IMG/VR virus record: IMGVR_UViG_3300028563_000018
Coordinates: 8,873 to 72,872 of that record
From: a virus
Strand: one strand, 5' to 3'
DNA: 64,000 nucleotides
The notes under the pieces were generated by a model. That model was not told the origin of the DNA and did no database searches. It saw nothing but the letters and a program-made list of their open reading frames with translations. The first letter of the stretch is position 1, and the number at the start of each line of letters is the position of its first letter. Below, in pieces: positions 18,391-29,700 of this stretch. A program made the position numbers and the translations under genes.

Positions 18391-18821
18391 AACTCGAACT
18401 TGGCGGTGGGCATCTCTGCCCTCCTGACGCAGTGAATCTGGACCCCGTGCACGGGCAGAACGAGTGGCGTCGACTCGCCCAAAGCGCGCCCTGGCCTTGT
18501 GAGCCCGAGACTTTCGACTCCATCATGGCGAGTCACGTGATGGAGCACATCCCCGCCGGCCAGGACCGCATCAACGTGATGAACGAAGCCTGGCGCGTAA
18601 TCAAGCCTGGTGGGGTCTTCACGATCATCGTTCCCCTCATGCCTTCGTGGCAAGCCCTAGCGGATCCGACGCACGTCTCGTTCTGGTGCCCGCAAAGCCT
18701 GGAGTATTTCACCGGGCGGTTGAGCGCGCAGGCTGATTACGGAATCAAGTACTGGGACGCCGAAGCCATGATCGTCGAGGACGAGTGGCTTGGCACGTGG
18801 AAGGGAACGAAGCGCTCATGA
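18387..18821 (+). CDS. SAM-dependent methyltransferase (type 11)
   Basis: LELGGG, SHVMEHI, RVIKPGG, DPTH. Confidence 0.88.
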   Translation: MKLELGGGHLCPPDAVNLDPVHGQNEWRRLAQSAPWPCEPETFDSIMASHVMEHIPAGQDRINVMNEAWRVIKPGGVFTIIVPLMPSWQALADPTHVSFWCPQSLEYFTGRLSAQADYGIKYWDAEAMIVEDEWLGTWKGTKRS

Positions 18822-18979
18822 TCTCTACTTCTGATGACGAATTCGTCACACCACCAGAGAAACGAGCGGCCGTTCGTCGATGGAATGTCGAGAACCGTGA
18901 TCGCAAACGCGAGAACGATCGACGATACCGCGAGACCCATAAGGAAAAGAAGCGCGAAAACCTGGAGGCGCATTCATGA
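18818..18979 (+). CDS. small basic protein
   Basis: ATGA coupling at both ends; Arg/Lys-rich. Confidence 0.45.
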   Translation: MISTSDDEFVTPPEKRAAVRRWNVENRDRKRENDRRYRETHKEKKRENLEAHS

Positions 18980-19689
18980 TCGTTGTAGCAACGACGATGG
19001 CGCCTTGGAAGGCCAGACTCGGTCAGGTCAACACCTGGCTAGAGAACGCCGAGGAGATGGTCGATTCAGTCGATCCCACAGAGGTGCGATTCTTTGCCGC
19101 CATCGAGGTCGACGGCGAAGGACTGGACCCCTACGCGCACTTCCTCGATGATTACGAGGGCGTCTGTCGAGTGACTGAGACATCATGTGACTACTGGCGC
19201 TTCGCAATGGATGATGGTCATTCCGCCGTAACCGGAAATGACAGACTCTTGAGAATTTGCTGCGGACGCAACATGGCCCACGAGTACGCCCAACGTAACG
19301 GCGCGTCGCACATCTTGTTCGTGGACAGCGACGTGCGCGTGCCCGGCGACACGATCCCGAAGCTGCTGGAACTCGATCATCCGATCGTCGGCGGCTTCAT
19401 CGGCGCGTACGCAGGCGTGCACTGGTATGACGGGCCGAGCGTGCCGACGGCGCCGGGCGACACTCGCATCCACTGGGACAGCGCTGGCTGCCTGATGGTC
19501 GCGTCCGAAGTGTTCTCGCGCGTCGCGTGGAACTACGACCTGAGTGCTGGCAACACCGACGATCCGGCCTTCCAGCGCAACGTCGAAGAACTACTCGGCT
19601 ACCAGACCTGGGTGCGGCATGACTTGTTGTGCGAGCACGTCGGCCCCTGTGGCGTCGAAGGCCGCGGAGCGGAGCGCGTCCCGTGGTGA
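18976..19689 (+). CDS. GT-A fold glycosyltransferase
   Basis: GRN, HILFVDSD (DxD), GCLMV, DDPAF, CEH. Confidence 0.8.
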   Translation: MIVVATTMAPWKARLGQVNTWLENAEEMVDSVDPTEVRFFAAIEVDGEGLDPYAHFLDDYEGVCRVTETSCDYWRFAMDDGHSAVTGNDRLLRICCGRNMAHEYAQRNGASHILFVDSDVRVPGDTIPKLLELDHPIVGGFIGAYAGVHWYDGPSVPTAPGDTRIHWDSAGCLMVASEVFSRVAWNYDLSAGNTDDPAFQRNVEELLGYQTWVRHDLLCEHVGPCGVEGRGAERVPW

Positions 19690-20342
19690 GAACAGTCGTC
19701 GGCATCCCGACGCTCGGCGAGTCGGAGTTGCTCGGCCCGCTCGTCGATGAGCTCGTCCGGCAGGGCGGCTTCGACGACCTGTTGATCATGGACGACCGCA
19801 ACCGTGCCGGGTTGGGATCTTTCTACTCGACGTGGAATCGCTCATGGCGATATGCCGCGCACAAGATCTCTGAATTCGACAGCACGCCAATCGTTTGTGA
19901 CCCCGCGAACCTCGTTCTCCTCAACGACGACATCGTGATTCCGAAGCGCTTCGTAGAGCGGCTGTGTGACGCTCTGCGCTCACGCGAAGACGCGTGGCTC
20001 ACGTACCCCGATTACACGCTGGCGATCGAGCAGGACGGCAACGTGCCGTTCAGGCTGACACCTACGCTCGGGACGTACCGCCAAGGTGGGATGTGGGGGG
20101 CAGCCTTCGCTCTGCGCGCCGAACTGTTGAACGATCCGTTGCCGTCTATTGACGAGACCTACAAGATTTGGGCTGGCGATGACATGCTCGTGGAGGAAAT
20201 CAGACTACACGGCGGCAAGACGTACCGCGTCGAGGGACTCGCGCTCGAGCACGCTGCGAGCACGACATTCTCTAAGCACCCTGAACTTCAAGCGCCGGGT
20301 TGGGAAGACCTGGAACGGTTCCAGAAGAAGTACCACTCGTGA
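19686..20342 (+). CDS. GT2-like glycosyltransferase
   Basis: WN, LLNDDI, GAAFAL, IDE, WAGDD. Confidence 0.78.
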   Translation: MRTVVGIPTLGESELLGPLVDELVRQGGFDDLLIMDDRNRAGLGSFYSTWNRSWRYAAHKISEFDSTPIVCDPANLVLLNDDIVIPKRFVERLCDALRSREDAWLTYPDYTLAIEQDGNVPFRLTPTLGTYRQGGMWGAAFALRAELLNDPLPSIDETYKIWAGDDMLVEEIRLHGGKTYRVEGLALEHAASTTFSKHPELQAPGWEDLERFQKKYHS

Positions 20343-21439
20343 GAGTCGCCTACATCTCTCTCGATTGGTCGGGCATGCGTGATGAGAACGATCACCCGAC
20401 GCCAGGGGGTTCTGGTTGGTACCGGCTCGCGATGCCGGTGCAGTACCTCCAGGAGCACGCCGCCGAGCACGGACATACGTTCATCCTCGGCAACCGAGTC
20501 TGGTTCGACGTGAAGAAGGAAGTCTTCACGACGACAGACTGGGACGAGAACTCCTACGAGGATCTCGACTTCGTCGTCCTCTCTCGCTGGATGGACCACA
20601 TAGCTCCTGACGCAATTCGTGCAGCGCGCGCGTCGGGGCAGGTCGTGATCAACGACGTCGATGACTACTTCGACGGGCTGCATCCATCTAACGCCGCCTG
20701 GAAGGTGACACACCCGGCTTACAGCCCTCAGTCGAACCGCAACATCTACCGGCAGGTGCTCGGCGCCAGTTCGGGCATCACCGTCAGTACGCCGTTTCTG
20801 AAGACGAAGATGTCGGAGTTGAACGAGCGTGTTGTGTTATTACGCAATGCCATTGACCTGGAGAGATGGCAAGCGCGCGATGTCTCGGGTGATCCGATCG
20901 TCGGCTGGGTTGGCGCGACGCCGTATCGGTCTGAAGATCTACAGACCGTCGTGCATCCGGTGCAGGAATTCCTACGCTCGCATCCCGAGAGCGCGTTCTT
21001 CCACGGTGGAGCGATGCCAAATCAAGGAGTCGAGATCCCCGAGCTGATGGGTGCGTCGGGCCGGCGAGCTCGAGCCAGCTCCATGCGCTCGATCCTGACT
21101 TACCCGGAATTCTTTGCGAACTTCAACATCGGAGTCGTGCCGCTGAACAATATTCCCTTTAACGCAGCGAAGTCGGCTTGTAAGGGGCTCGAGTACGCAG
21201 CGTCAGGGATCCCGTTCATTTCGACTTGCACACCCGAGTATGAATGGCTCGCTCGAGCGCACCTGATCGGGCACGTTGTTCGGAAGCCTAAGTACTGGAA
21301 GCCAGCACTCAACTGCTTCGCCGACGCCGACTACCGCATCCAGGTCGGGCGTGACAATCGGGCTCGCGTCGAAGCCCTCGACATGGAACTGCACTGGCGG
21401 GACTGGCTCGACGCGATCCTAGAGATCGCCCGTGGTTAG
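20339..21439 (+). CDS. GT-B fold glycosyltransferase
   Basis: WYR..MP, DVDD, TVST..L, GWVG, VPL...FN..KS..K.LEYAASGIP. Confidence 0.85.
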   Translation: MRVAYISLDWSGMRDENDHPTPGGSGWYRLAMPVQYLQEHAAEHGHTFILGNRVWFDVKKEVFTTTDWDENSYEDLDFVVLSRWMDHIAPDAIRAARASGQVVINDVDDYFDGLHPSNAAWKVTHPAYSPQSNRNIYRQVLGASSGITVSTPFLKTKMSELNERVVLLRNAIDLERWQARDVSGDPIVGWVGATPYRSEDLQTVVHPVQEFLRSHPESAFFHGGAMPNQGVEIPELMGASGRRARASSMRSILTYPEFFANFNIGVVPLNNIPFNAAKSACKGLEYAASGIPFISTCTPEYEWLARAHLIGHVVRKPKYWKPALNCFADADYRIQVGRDNRARVEALDMELHWRDWLDAILEIARG

Positions 21440-21798
21440 GTCGATCCGCACTTCGCCTTGATGGTGTCGAACACGTTCGGCGCCGACTGAAGGTGTTTGG
21501 CCGAGGCCAGGGCTGACGCGTCGTCGCGGTTGAACGAAGCCAGGATGATCTTGCCGATGTCGATGCGGAACTGTTGCTCGGCATCGTCGGCGACCTTCGA
21601 CTTGCAGTCACCGTGCGACGACAGTGACGCAACCGCGTGCAGGCTGTTGTCGCTGCTGAACGAGACGAACATGGTCGTCATCGTCACGATCAGGATGATG
21701 AAGGCGAGTAAGAGCGCCGACCAGAGCGTGCGAGGTGACAGAAGGTGCACGGTGTCGGTACTCCGTTGCAGTGCGTCGTCGCGGTCGGGCTCAATCAT
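21436..21798 (-). CDS. membrane protein (possible lysis accessory)
   Basis: One TM helix; AGGAG RBS; end of tail operon. Confidence 0.65.
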   Translation of the reverse strand: MIEPDRDDALQRSTDTVHLLSPRTLWSALLLAFIILIVTMTTMFVSFSSDNSLHAVASLSSHGDCKSKVADDAEQQFRIDIGKIILASFNRDDASALASAKHLQSAPNVFDTIKAKCGST

Positions 21799-22042
21799 TG
21801 AAGAACTCCTGTGGGATCTGAATCCGACCGTCGCGGCGAATCGCCTCGACGAGCATTTCAAGTCGTCGATCGCACCGCGCGTTCTCGGCTTCCAAGGCTT
21901 CACATCTTTTTCTGAGCGGATCGATCAACTGCGTGCGGCTCATTCGGTTCGCACCGATGAGTTGGATAACGAGATACACAACGACGGCAAACAAGCCGAG
22001 TACGCCGCCGCCTGCAACCCACTGCGAAAGTTCCTGCGGCAC
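21791..22042 (-). CDS. membrane protein (TM plus coiled coil)
   Basis: GGGVLGLFAVVVYLVIQLIG followed by a heptad region; start uncertain. Confidence 0.6.
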   Translation of the reverse strand: MPQELSQWVAGGGVLGLFAVVVYLVIQLIGANRMSRTQLIDPLRKRCEALEAENARCDRRLEMLVEAIRRDGRIQIPQEFFND

Positions 22043-22191
22043 GGCAACCCCAACGCGACTTACGTGATACCCGCGACCGCCGAGGTCGAATCCGTTCTTC
22101 CCCGACGGCCCGCGAGCGCCGAACCGCCACAAGTGCGGTCCTGTGATTCTGTCAAGGACGCCACGCTCGGTGCGAGTGATCGCGCGCGTCT

Positions 22192-23178
22192 TTAGTGGGG
22201 TGCACCAAGTCTTCCGATGTCATGCACCGAGAACGAGAGGAACGTCGTCGCGTTCTGGATCCCCATCACTCCAGTCGCGCACGTGGCACGCAACTTGCGT
22301 GTGACCGCAGGGTTGCCGATGCCCGCCTCGATGTAGGTCCAGTTGAGCGTTTCGAAGTCACCAGCGTTGGGAACGCGCAGCACCGCGTGATCGAGCTCGA
22401 CGTTGGTGTCCGTGCAGAGTCGGATCACGCAGTCGCCATCGTTCGTGTTGTTCGACACGAGCGCCCTGATCCGGAACTCGTACACGCGATTCAGATACGA
22501 GGTGTAAGTCAATGCGGCCGGGACGGCTCCGTTCGCCAGGACATCGACCTCGGTGGTGATCGACCCCTGGTTGATGCCGTTGAAGAGCGAGTTGATGTAA
22601 CCCCAGGAGGTATTCCATGGCGGTGTCCAACCAATGATGGGGTCCTGGAAATAGAGGGTATTCCCGGTGTCAGTCTCGTAGATGCAGTCGCCCTCCACCG
22701 GGAACGCAGGGCGTGTGGTCGACGTGCAAATCGTGTAGTGCGTAATGGCGGGACTGCTCACTGCCAGTCGAGCGATGTCCTCGGTAGTCGTGCTGAAGAT
22801 TCCGCCCGCTTGGAGAATTTCAAGCTGTTCACCGCCGGTGAGGGGCGTCGCGGCGACGGTCAGACCAGAGATGTCAGTAGGCACAGTGATTGTCGTAGAC
22901 GAGTCTGCGCCGAGCCCGGCGATGTAGCGCGACCCAGAGCGCCCGACCACGCGCACCGTGTCGCCCGCGACGGGAGCGATCCCGAATCCGTAGGCGATTG
23001 AGACGGGGAGTGTCGCTCCGGTCATGAGGACGCTTGCGTGGCGCGACACGTCGTCGACCACCTGGACGACTCCAAACTCGTCGGGAGGTACGAGCTTGTT
23101 GACGGTGTCCGTCGCGATCTTTCGCATGTAGTCGCGCATGCGCGCTGCGACGTGAACATCCTTGAAGGTCGCGCTCAT
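22192..23178 (-). CDS. minor tail protein
   Basis: Last gene of the tail module; P.GD.V.V...G..Y motif; RP...EG..IYETDTG fibre motif. Confidence 0.8.
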   Translation of the reverse strand: MSATFKDVHVAARMRDYMRKIATDTVNKLVPPDEFGVVQVVDDVSRHASVLMTGATLPVSIAYGFGIAPVAGDTVRVVGRSGSRYIAGLGADSSTTITVPTDISGLTVAATPLTGGEQLEILQAGGIFSTTTEDIARLAVSSPAITHYTICTSTTRPAFPVEGDCIYETDTGNTLYFQDPIIGWTPPWNTSWGYINSLFNGINQGSITTEVDVLANGAVPAALTYTSYLNRVYEFRIRALVSNNTNDGDCVIRLCTDTNVELDHAVLRVPNAGDFETLNWTYIEAGIGNPAVTRKLRATCATGVMGIQNATTFLSFSVHDIGRLGAPH

Positions 23179-24953
23179 ACGACGGACACCACCCTCTTCA
23201 TCACGCCCGTCATTGGGTCGATCCCCATCGGGATCTCAAAACTCGACAACAGGTAGTTGGTCGGCTGACCGAGTTCGGGATCAGGATCGACGTACGAGAC
23301 GACATCGCCGCCGTCGAGCCAGGGGACAACGATGCTCGTGAAGTCAATTTCGTAGCTCTCGAGCGCCATGACTTTGAGGTAGGCCGCGGCGAGCGTGGCG
23401 GCTTCCTGGTCACTGGCGACCAGGCTCGACAGGAACGACCATGTCCGGTCGCCGATGCCGGGGTTACTTCCGTCACCCAGGCCAGATGTCGCGTCGCCGA
23501 CGTACACGGGCGAGCTCGGGTCGGTGACCAACGCCTCGGCGAAAACGAGGGAGTTACTCTGGCCCGATCCGCGCACGACGATGTGGTTGTAGAGGCTGGA
23601 GTCGTTCGTGCTGCGCACCGGTGGCGAATCGCCCGCGACCAAACTGCCATCGGGATCGCCACCCTTGAAGGTCCACACCGGAGCGAAGGTCGTGGGATCT
23701 TGGAACGGTCGCACAAGCAAGGTGCTCTGCGCCGTGAAGAAGATTTCGTAGCCCAGAGCGTTGAGAATGGTTTGCAAGGATGCCAGTCTCGTGCTGTCGG
23801 CTTGGAAGGTCTGGTCGAACGCCAGACGCGGCGCCGTACCCGCCGCCCACGGCACTGACACGTTCGTGATGCCGGCATCGGCAGCGACGGCTTGGACGAT
23901 CACTCCGACGTCTGTACCGGCCGTGAAAGTCACTGTGTTGGCGTACTGGGAAGTGATCAAGCGCTTCGTGAGATCTCGTCCAGTTACGTGGATGGTCGAC
24001 GGCACATGCGAGTCTTCGACGCGGTCGATCATGAAGTCGCCGATCGGCACCTCAAAGAGTTGCGAGTTCCCGTAGTAGAAGCCGTAGTAGGCGCGAATGA
24101 TCTTGTCGTACCAGAGTTGTCCGACACCGATCCGAAGACGGCTATCGGTGGGGACGAAGTTGATGTCGAGCGTGCGGCGCTCATCGCGTGTGATGTCGAC
24201 CGAAACGCTGCCACCAGCGTTCATCTCGATCGGGCACGCACTCGATGGCATCCAAAGCGTCGACTGATCAGCCTCGTAAATCTCCAACCGACGCGAAATC
24301 TGCACACGGCCGGCGAGCAGTCGCTTCGTTTGCGAGACGGTGGGCGGTCCACCGGTGCCGATGCCGCCGCCACCGACCGTGCCGGTTGGAGGTCCACCAG
24401 TGGAGGGTGGTCCACCGCCGCTCCCACCGCCGCCGGGAATGGTGCCGTACTCGAGGAGAAGATCCTGTCCGTTTTCGAGAAGTAGTTCGGCGCCGGATTC
24501 CAACAGAAGAGAAACGCCAGGGCCACCGGCGGTGCCACCGCCAGGGCCACTGCCACTGCCCCCGCCGCCCGACCCTCCACCTCCAGAGCCCCCGCCGCCG
24601 GTTGGGACCACAACCTCAAGTGCAAGCGGTTGACCCGATTCAAGAAGAAGTGAACCTCCCGACTCGGCCAAAAGTGCGACGGTGTCGCCGCCGCCCCCTG
24701 GAGCCGGAGTAGGTGGGTCGGTGATGGCAGCACCGAACGCATGCGCAGCAGGGGACGTTCCGTTGACGCCCCGGATTACATTCCAAAAGGTGAGATCGGA
24801 AGGATACGACAGCCCCGTCACCGTCATCTGTTCCGAGTCGATCAGAATGTTGAAAGGGAACGATGTCAGTGGAAAGGTACTGCTGAGCGCCTGGATGTTG
24901 AGTTGGATGCCGGGCGGTCCCGCAACGGTCTCGCCAAGGGTTGCGTGACTCAT
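23175..24953 (-). CDS. minor tail (hub-like) protein with Gly-rich N-terminal extension
   Basis: Second gene after the tape measure; GSVSVD...RRTL, G.F.I, YNHIVV, PWLDGGDV. Confidence 0.82.
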   Translation of the reverse strand: MSHATLGETVAGPPGIQLNIQALSSTFPLTSFPFNILIDSEQMTVTGLSYPSDLTFWNVIRGVNGTSPAAHAFGAAITDPPTPAPGGGGDTVALLAESGGSLLLESGQPLALEVVVPTGGGGSGGGGSGGGGSGSGPGGGTAGGPGVSLLLESGAELLLENGQDLLLEYGTIPGGGGSGGGPPSTGGPPTGTVGGGGIGTGGPPTVSQTKRLLAGRVQISRRLEIYEADQSTLWMPSSACPIEMNAGGSVSVDITRDERRTLDINFVPTDSRLRIGVGQLWYDKIIRAYYGFYYGNSQLFEVPIGDFMIDRVEDSHVPSTIHVTGRDLTKRLITSQYANTVTFTAGTDVGVIVQAVAADAGITNVSVPWAAGTAPRLAFDQTFQADSTRLASLQTILNALGYEIFFTAQSTLLVRPFQDPTTFAPVWTFKGGDPDGSLVAGDSPPVRSTNDSSLYNHIVVRGSGQSNSLVFAEALVTDPSSPVYVGDATSGLGDGSNPGIGDRTWSFLSSLVASDQEAATLAAAYLKVMALESYEIDFTSIVVPWLDGGDVVSYVDPDPELGQPTNYLLSSFEIPMGIDPMTGVMKRVVSVV

Positions 24954-26701
24954 AGTGTGCTCGTGTTCGGCAGGACGCCCATGTAGGGGATCGTCAGCAC
25001 GCCGTATTCACGGACACTCAACCCGGCCTCTCGCGCAAAGTTCATCTTGTCTACGTCGACCGTGTAGACATCGCCGAAGGGCGTGCGGATCATCAGGTCA
25101 AAGCTCTCGTTGATCGCGAGATCCTTGAGACCGGCGATGATTTGACGCTTCTCGCGCGCGGTTGCGTAGGCGGTGTCGGTCAGGTGCACGGTCAGCGAGC
25201 CGTTCACTCCTAGCTTCGTGCTGTACTCGACGCGTCGCCCACGCCCGAGCAGATGCAACTCGTTCGTGTCGTACTCGTCGTCGAAGGCGTCGCTTGTCAC
25301 GCCCTCTAGAAGAAAGAAGGAACCAACTGAACGAAGCACGTACGAGCTCGCCGGCGTGCTGTCCAGGTTCGACGCGAGGAACAGGCTGTAGTTGGAGTTG
25401 ATCGCAGCGATGTTCGTCTGGACGTTGGTAGGATCCGAGAGCACGTTCGCGCCGAACCGCGTCGCGACCTGCACAACCTTGTAGTCGTTCAGATCTCCTG
25501 CGGCGTAGTCGTGGAAGGTGTAATTCGACGAGTTGACCGTCTCGACGTCGATAAGTTCCCACTGATTCGGATCGACGATGCCGCCGAAGCCGGTGACCGT
25601 GGTATCCCAGCGACGACGACGGAACACCCACCAGGCGACCCATGTGCTGTCCTTGGAGGCGTTGGTCCACGCGACCGTCACGTAACCAAGAGTGGCGAAG
25701 GGGGAGGGGTCGACCGTGAACGACGGCGCCGCTGGCGACGACCAGGCAGTCGTGAACGCGTGCGTCCCGTCGCTGGTGAGACCAACTCCGTCAGTGACGT
25801 TGACCTGGACGGTGTAGCTGTTGCTGTTCTTGAGGATCCCGCTCGGCAACGCGAACGAGAGCGGGTTGCCCGCGAGCACGCCTGACAGGTAAACGACGGT
25901 GCCACCGGCGGTGACGTCGTAGATGATCACCTCATAGAACGCACCAGCCGTCGAATCCGAATACGTCCAGGTGACCGTCGGCGTCGGGTTGGTGATCGCT
26001 CCGGTGGGAGCGGTGACGGTGATGACCGGCGCGTCGGCCAACACGAACGGTACGAGGTCGGAGACTGGTCCTTGCTGGCCGTCCCGATCCCACAAGGTGA
26101 CAGACCAGTAGAGCTGCTCACCTTTGTGGCCGACAGCAATCGAGATGCCGCTGATCACGTTGTTGGGCGACGTGACCTTCGTGGTGTCAACGATCGGCGT
26201 CAACGTGTGGTCGTAGATGATGATCTGGTAGGCGGTCTGCGTGTCGCCGGGATCTGTGTCGTTGAACCCCCAAGCGAACACCTGCGAGCCATACAAGGTC
26301 GCCGTGCTCGCCAGACTCGACGGCGACATATTGATCGCCTTCGGTGGATGCGAGATCGGGAAGACAACATACGGCGACCAGTCACTCGCGACCCAAATGC
26401 CTCCGTTGGCGGCGGGTACTGCTCGAGCGCGCACGTACCAGGTGCCGACACTCAGGCGCTGCGCGTCGGGAATCGTCGCGTTGTGGATCGTGCCGACCTG
26501 AGCGAGTGCGCTGTCGGGCTCGACGTAGTTTCCGGTGTTGGTGGTGAAACCAGCGTCCGACGCCCACTGCCATTCGACCTTGATGAACGGGAACGGCGAG
26601 AAGGTCGAGTTGATGATGTTCGCGCTGAGCACCGGCGTGTCGGTACCCTGCTGCGTCGTGGGACCGATCGCGTGCGGTGGGACAGGCCAGGGATTGCTCA
26701 C
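24950..26701 (-). CDS. minor tail protein with Ig/FN3-like repeats
   Basis: Directly after the tape measure; WYVRARA, QTAYQIII, YTVQVNV beta-sandwich motifs. Confidence 0.82.
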   Translation of the reverse strand: MSNPWPVPPHAIGPTTQQGTDTPVLSANIINSTFSPFPFIKVEWQWASDAGFTTNTGNYVEPDSALAQVGTIHNATIPDAQRLSVGTWYVRARAVPAANGGIWVASDWSPYVVFPISHPPKAINMSPSSLASTATLYGSQVFAWGFNDTDPGDTQTAYQIIIYDHTLTPIVDTTKVTSPNNVISGISIAVGHKGEQLYWSVTLWDRDGQQGPVSDLVPFVLADAPVITVTAPTGAITNPTPTVTWTYSDSTAGAFYEVIIYDVTAGGTVVYLSGVLAGNPLSFALPSGILKNSNSYTVQVNVTDGVGLTSDGTHAFTTAWSSPAAPSFTVDPSPFATLGYVTVAWTNASKDSTWVAWWVFRRRRWDTTVTGFGGIVDPNQWELIDVETVNSSNYTFHDYAAGDLNDYKVVQVATRFGANVLSDPTNVQTNIAAINSNYSLFLASNLDSTPASSYVLRSVGSFFLLEGVTSDAFDDEYDTNELHLLGRGRRVEYSTKLGVNGSLTVHLTDTAYATAREKRQIIAGLKDLAINESFDLMIRTPFGDVYTVDVDKMNFAREAGLSVREYGVLTIPYMGVLPNTSTL

Positions 26702-29700
26702 GACATCGACTCCAGGTTCCGAATAAAGGCTTCCGCGTCGTCGCCGTTCTTGACATTCGGGAAGACGAGGTCGCCATGGAAATGATTCTCCGTCTTCGAG
26801 GAACCACTCGTCACGAGCGTGTTACCGCCCTTGTCGATGAACTTCTCCATGCGGTCCATCGTTCCGACGAGTCGAGACATTGAGAACCCAGACGGCAACG
26901 GTGCCACGAGCTCGGGACGGCCGGCTTCGGCGATTCGTGCGTGGATGCCGCCGGGTACCGGCTGCGCGATGCCACCTTCGGCCAGGTGGAACCCGAGCAC
27001 CGACTTCACGATCGGGCCGACGATTGGCAGACCTTCGATGACACCCACGCCGGGGATGTTCTTCGCTGCATTCTGCATGCCCGTGAGCAATCCACCGAAC
27101 AGGCTCTTGCCAGTGTCCAGCAGCCACGTAGACGTGTCGCCAAGCGCACCAAGGATCGTGTTCTTCAAGCCCGAGAAGAAGGGCGAGACGAAGTTGTTCC
27201 ACACGCTCTGGATGCCGTTCCACGCGTCGTTCATGAGGTTCGATCCCCACGTCAGGAACCGACCACCGGTGCCTGCGACGGCGCCTGAGATCCGATCCCA
27301 GGTCCGAGCGAAGAACGGTTGGATGTACTGATTCCAGACCTGGCCGATGCCGCCGAACATCTGCACCATGAGGCCTTCGCCCCAGTTGAAAAGGTCACGT
27401 CCGATGTTGCCGAGCGCGTGCACGATCTTCGACGGCAGCTTCTTGAACCAGGTCTCGATCCCGTTGACGATGTCGGGGATGATCGAGTGACCGAGGAGCT
27501 TGTCGTACGCCCACACAAATGGATGGATGATCGCTTCGCCGACGCCGATGAGACCTTCCCAAAGATTCCTCCCCAAGCTCTTGAACCCGTCCACCATCGC
27601 ACCAGGGAGACTCTTGATCCAAGGGAATGCGGTCTTGTCCCACCAGTCCTGGAATGAGTGCCAGTTCTGCTTGAACTCGTCGAAGCTTGGGCTCGGCATG
27701 TGGATGTTCAGGATGTCGAGCTTCGTCTGGACGTGCTGCTGCCACCAGCCGCCGGGGCCAGCGAACTCGTTCCAGGAGTCCTTGAAAGGCTTCGTAAAGA
27801 TGTCGCCGAACTTCACCCTGCCGAATGCCTTCTTGACTCCGTTCTGGTATGAGTCGACGAGCTTCTGAAGATCCTCGGGGTCGGACGGCACGGATGTCGG
27901 CAAACCCGGTACCTTGATGTTCCCGGCGCCAGCAGCGTCGGCGAGCGCGCTGTTGAAGTCTCCTGCGCTCGATGCTGCGTTCTTGAACGTCTGGTCGATC
28001 GCCTGGATCATCGACTGGATCGTGTCGTAGGTATCGCCGAGCGCAGAGAGCTTGTCGTTCTGCGTCTCGTACGTCGCGTTCAGCTTGTCGTGCGCGACCT
28101 GGGCGTTCTTGACGACGACCTCCTGATCCTTCACGCGGTCGTTCGCGAAGCGGTAGCTCGTCGTGAGGGCGTCGACCTTGCGCTTCTCGAATTCGACGCC
28201 TGCGATGATGCGGTCGAACGGCATCGCCTTCATGGCGGTCGCGGCCTGGTTGATCTGGCGAGTCAGCGGATCGAACTCGATCGACTGCTGGAGGTTGAGT
28301 TCGTCGCCCTTCTTCTGGAGGTTCGTGATTTCCTGCTCGAGCTTCGTCATCTGGTCGACGGCGTCCGACAGACCCGAACCCGAACCAGTGATCGCGTTGA
28401 TCTGGTCGTTGAACGGCGCGAGCACATCGGACCCTGCGCCCTGGAGTCGGAGCGCGTTGCGTTGACCTGTGAGCAGCTCGAGTTGGCCGTGGATGTCGTC
28501 GAGGTTGCCCTTGGCGTCTTGGAGCTTGTCGAGCTTAAGTTGGAGTTTGTCAATCGCGATCCCGTTGTTGAAGATCGCGTTGGACATCTTCGTTTGGCCG
28601 GGCAACGGGGTGTTCGACCATTTGTCGAGGGCGGTCTGCGCGTCGTTCAGCTTGGAACTGAACCCGTCAGCGACGGCCTGCAAATTCGTGAGCTTCGTCT
28701 GCTCGACGTCGAGGATCTTCTGCGAGGCAGTGAGCTTCGCGTTCAGCTTGTCGACGACAATCTCCTGGCGACCGTAGGCCGCGGTAACGCGATCGAGGTC
28801 TGTGTAGAGCGTGCCCTCGATGCCAAGACCGCGAGCCGCGGCGTTCCCCGCAGCGGACCCTCCTTGTGAGCCGATCGCCTTGATGGCCTGAGCGTTCTCA
28901 AGCGCGCGCTGGCCCGCGATGACGTCCGTCATGGCGCCGTTGAAGGCCTTGATGTCGGAGACGGCAGCCCGGAATGCCGTCCCGAGGTTCCCAAGCGACT
29001 TGTACTTCGCAGAGATGACGTCCACGCCAGCGACAACCAGGTCGACCAGAGAGGGACTGTGTCGCTGGAAGGGGTTCAAGTAATCCTGGAGCGCCTGCCA
29101 GATCGCCTGGCCGAACTGGACGACGACTCGCAGAACGCCGAGGAGTGCGTTGCCGACGTAGCCCGGAAGTTTTCCGAGAGCCGATACGACCGATTGAATC
29201 CCGTCGTTGATCTGGCTGCTGAAAACTGCGAGCAGTGCGATGACGCCTGCCGCGAGCGCGCCGATCGCGATCTCGGGGCCAGCGGCGAGCGCTGCGGCAA
29301 AAGCCTCCGCGGCGAATGCTCCGATCGCAGGAAGCGTGATGCCGATCCCAGCGAACGCCGCCTCGAAAACGGCCGCTGCTGCGGCTCCGATCGGCGCCAT
29401 GGCGGGGACGATGACGCCATCCCAGATGATCAACATCGCTACGGCCAGCGCAGCCAAGGTCTCCTTCGTGGCTTCAAACGCTGTGATGAACGCGACTCCG
29501 GCCGCGGTCCCGATCGTTGCCATCGCAGGAACGATCGTGTCTTCCCAGAGGACCAACAGGGGAAGTGCGATTGCTGAAAACACCTTTTGGGCGACCGTGA
29601 ACGCGGTCTCGAATGCGAGTGCGGCAGCGGCGCCGATGTCACCCATGATCGGAAGAATCACGTCTTCCCAGGCGACAAGCGCAGCGGTAGCCGCAGTCTC

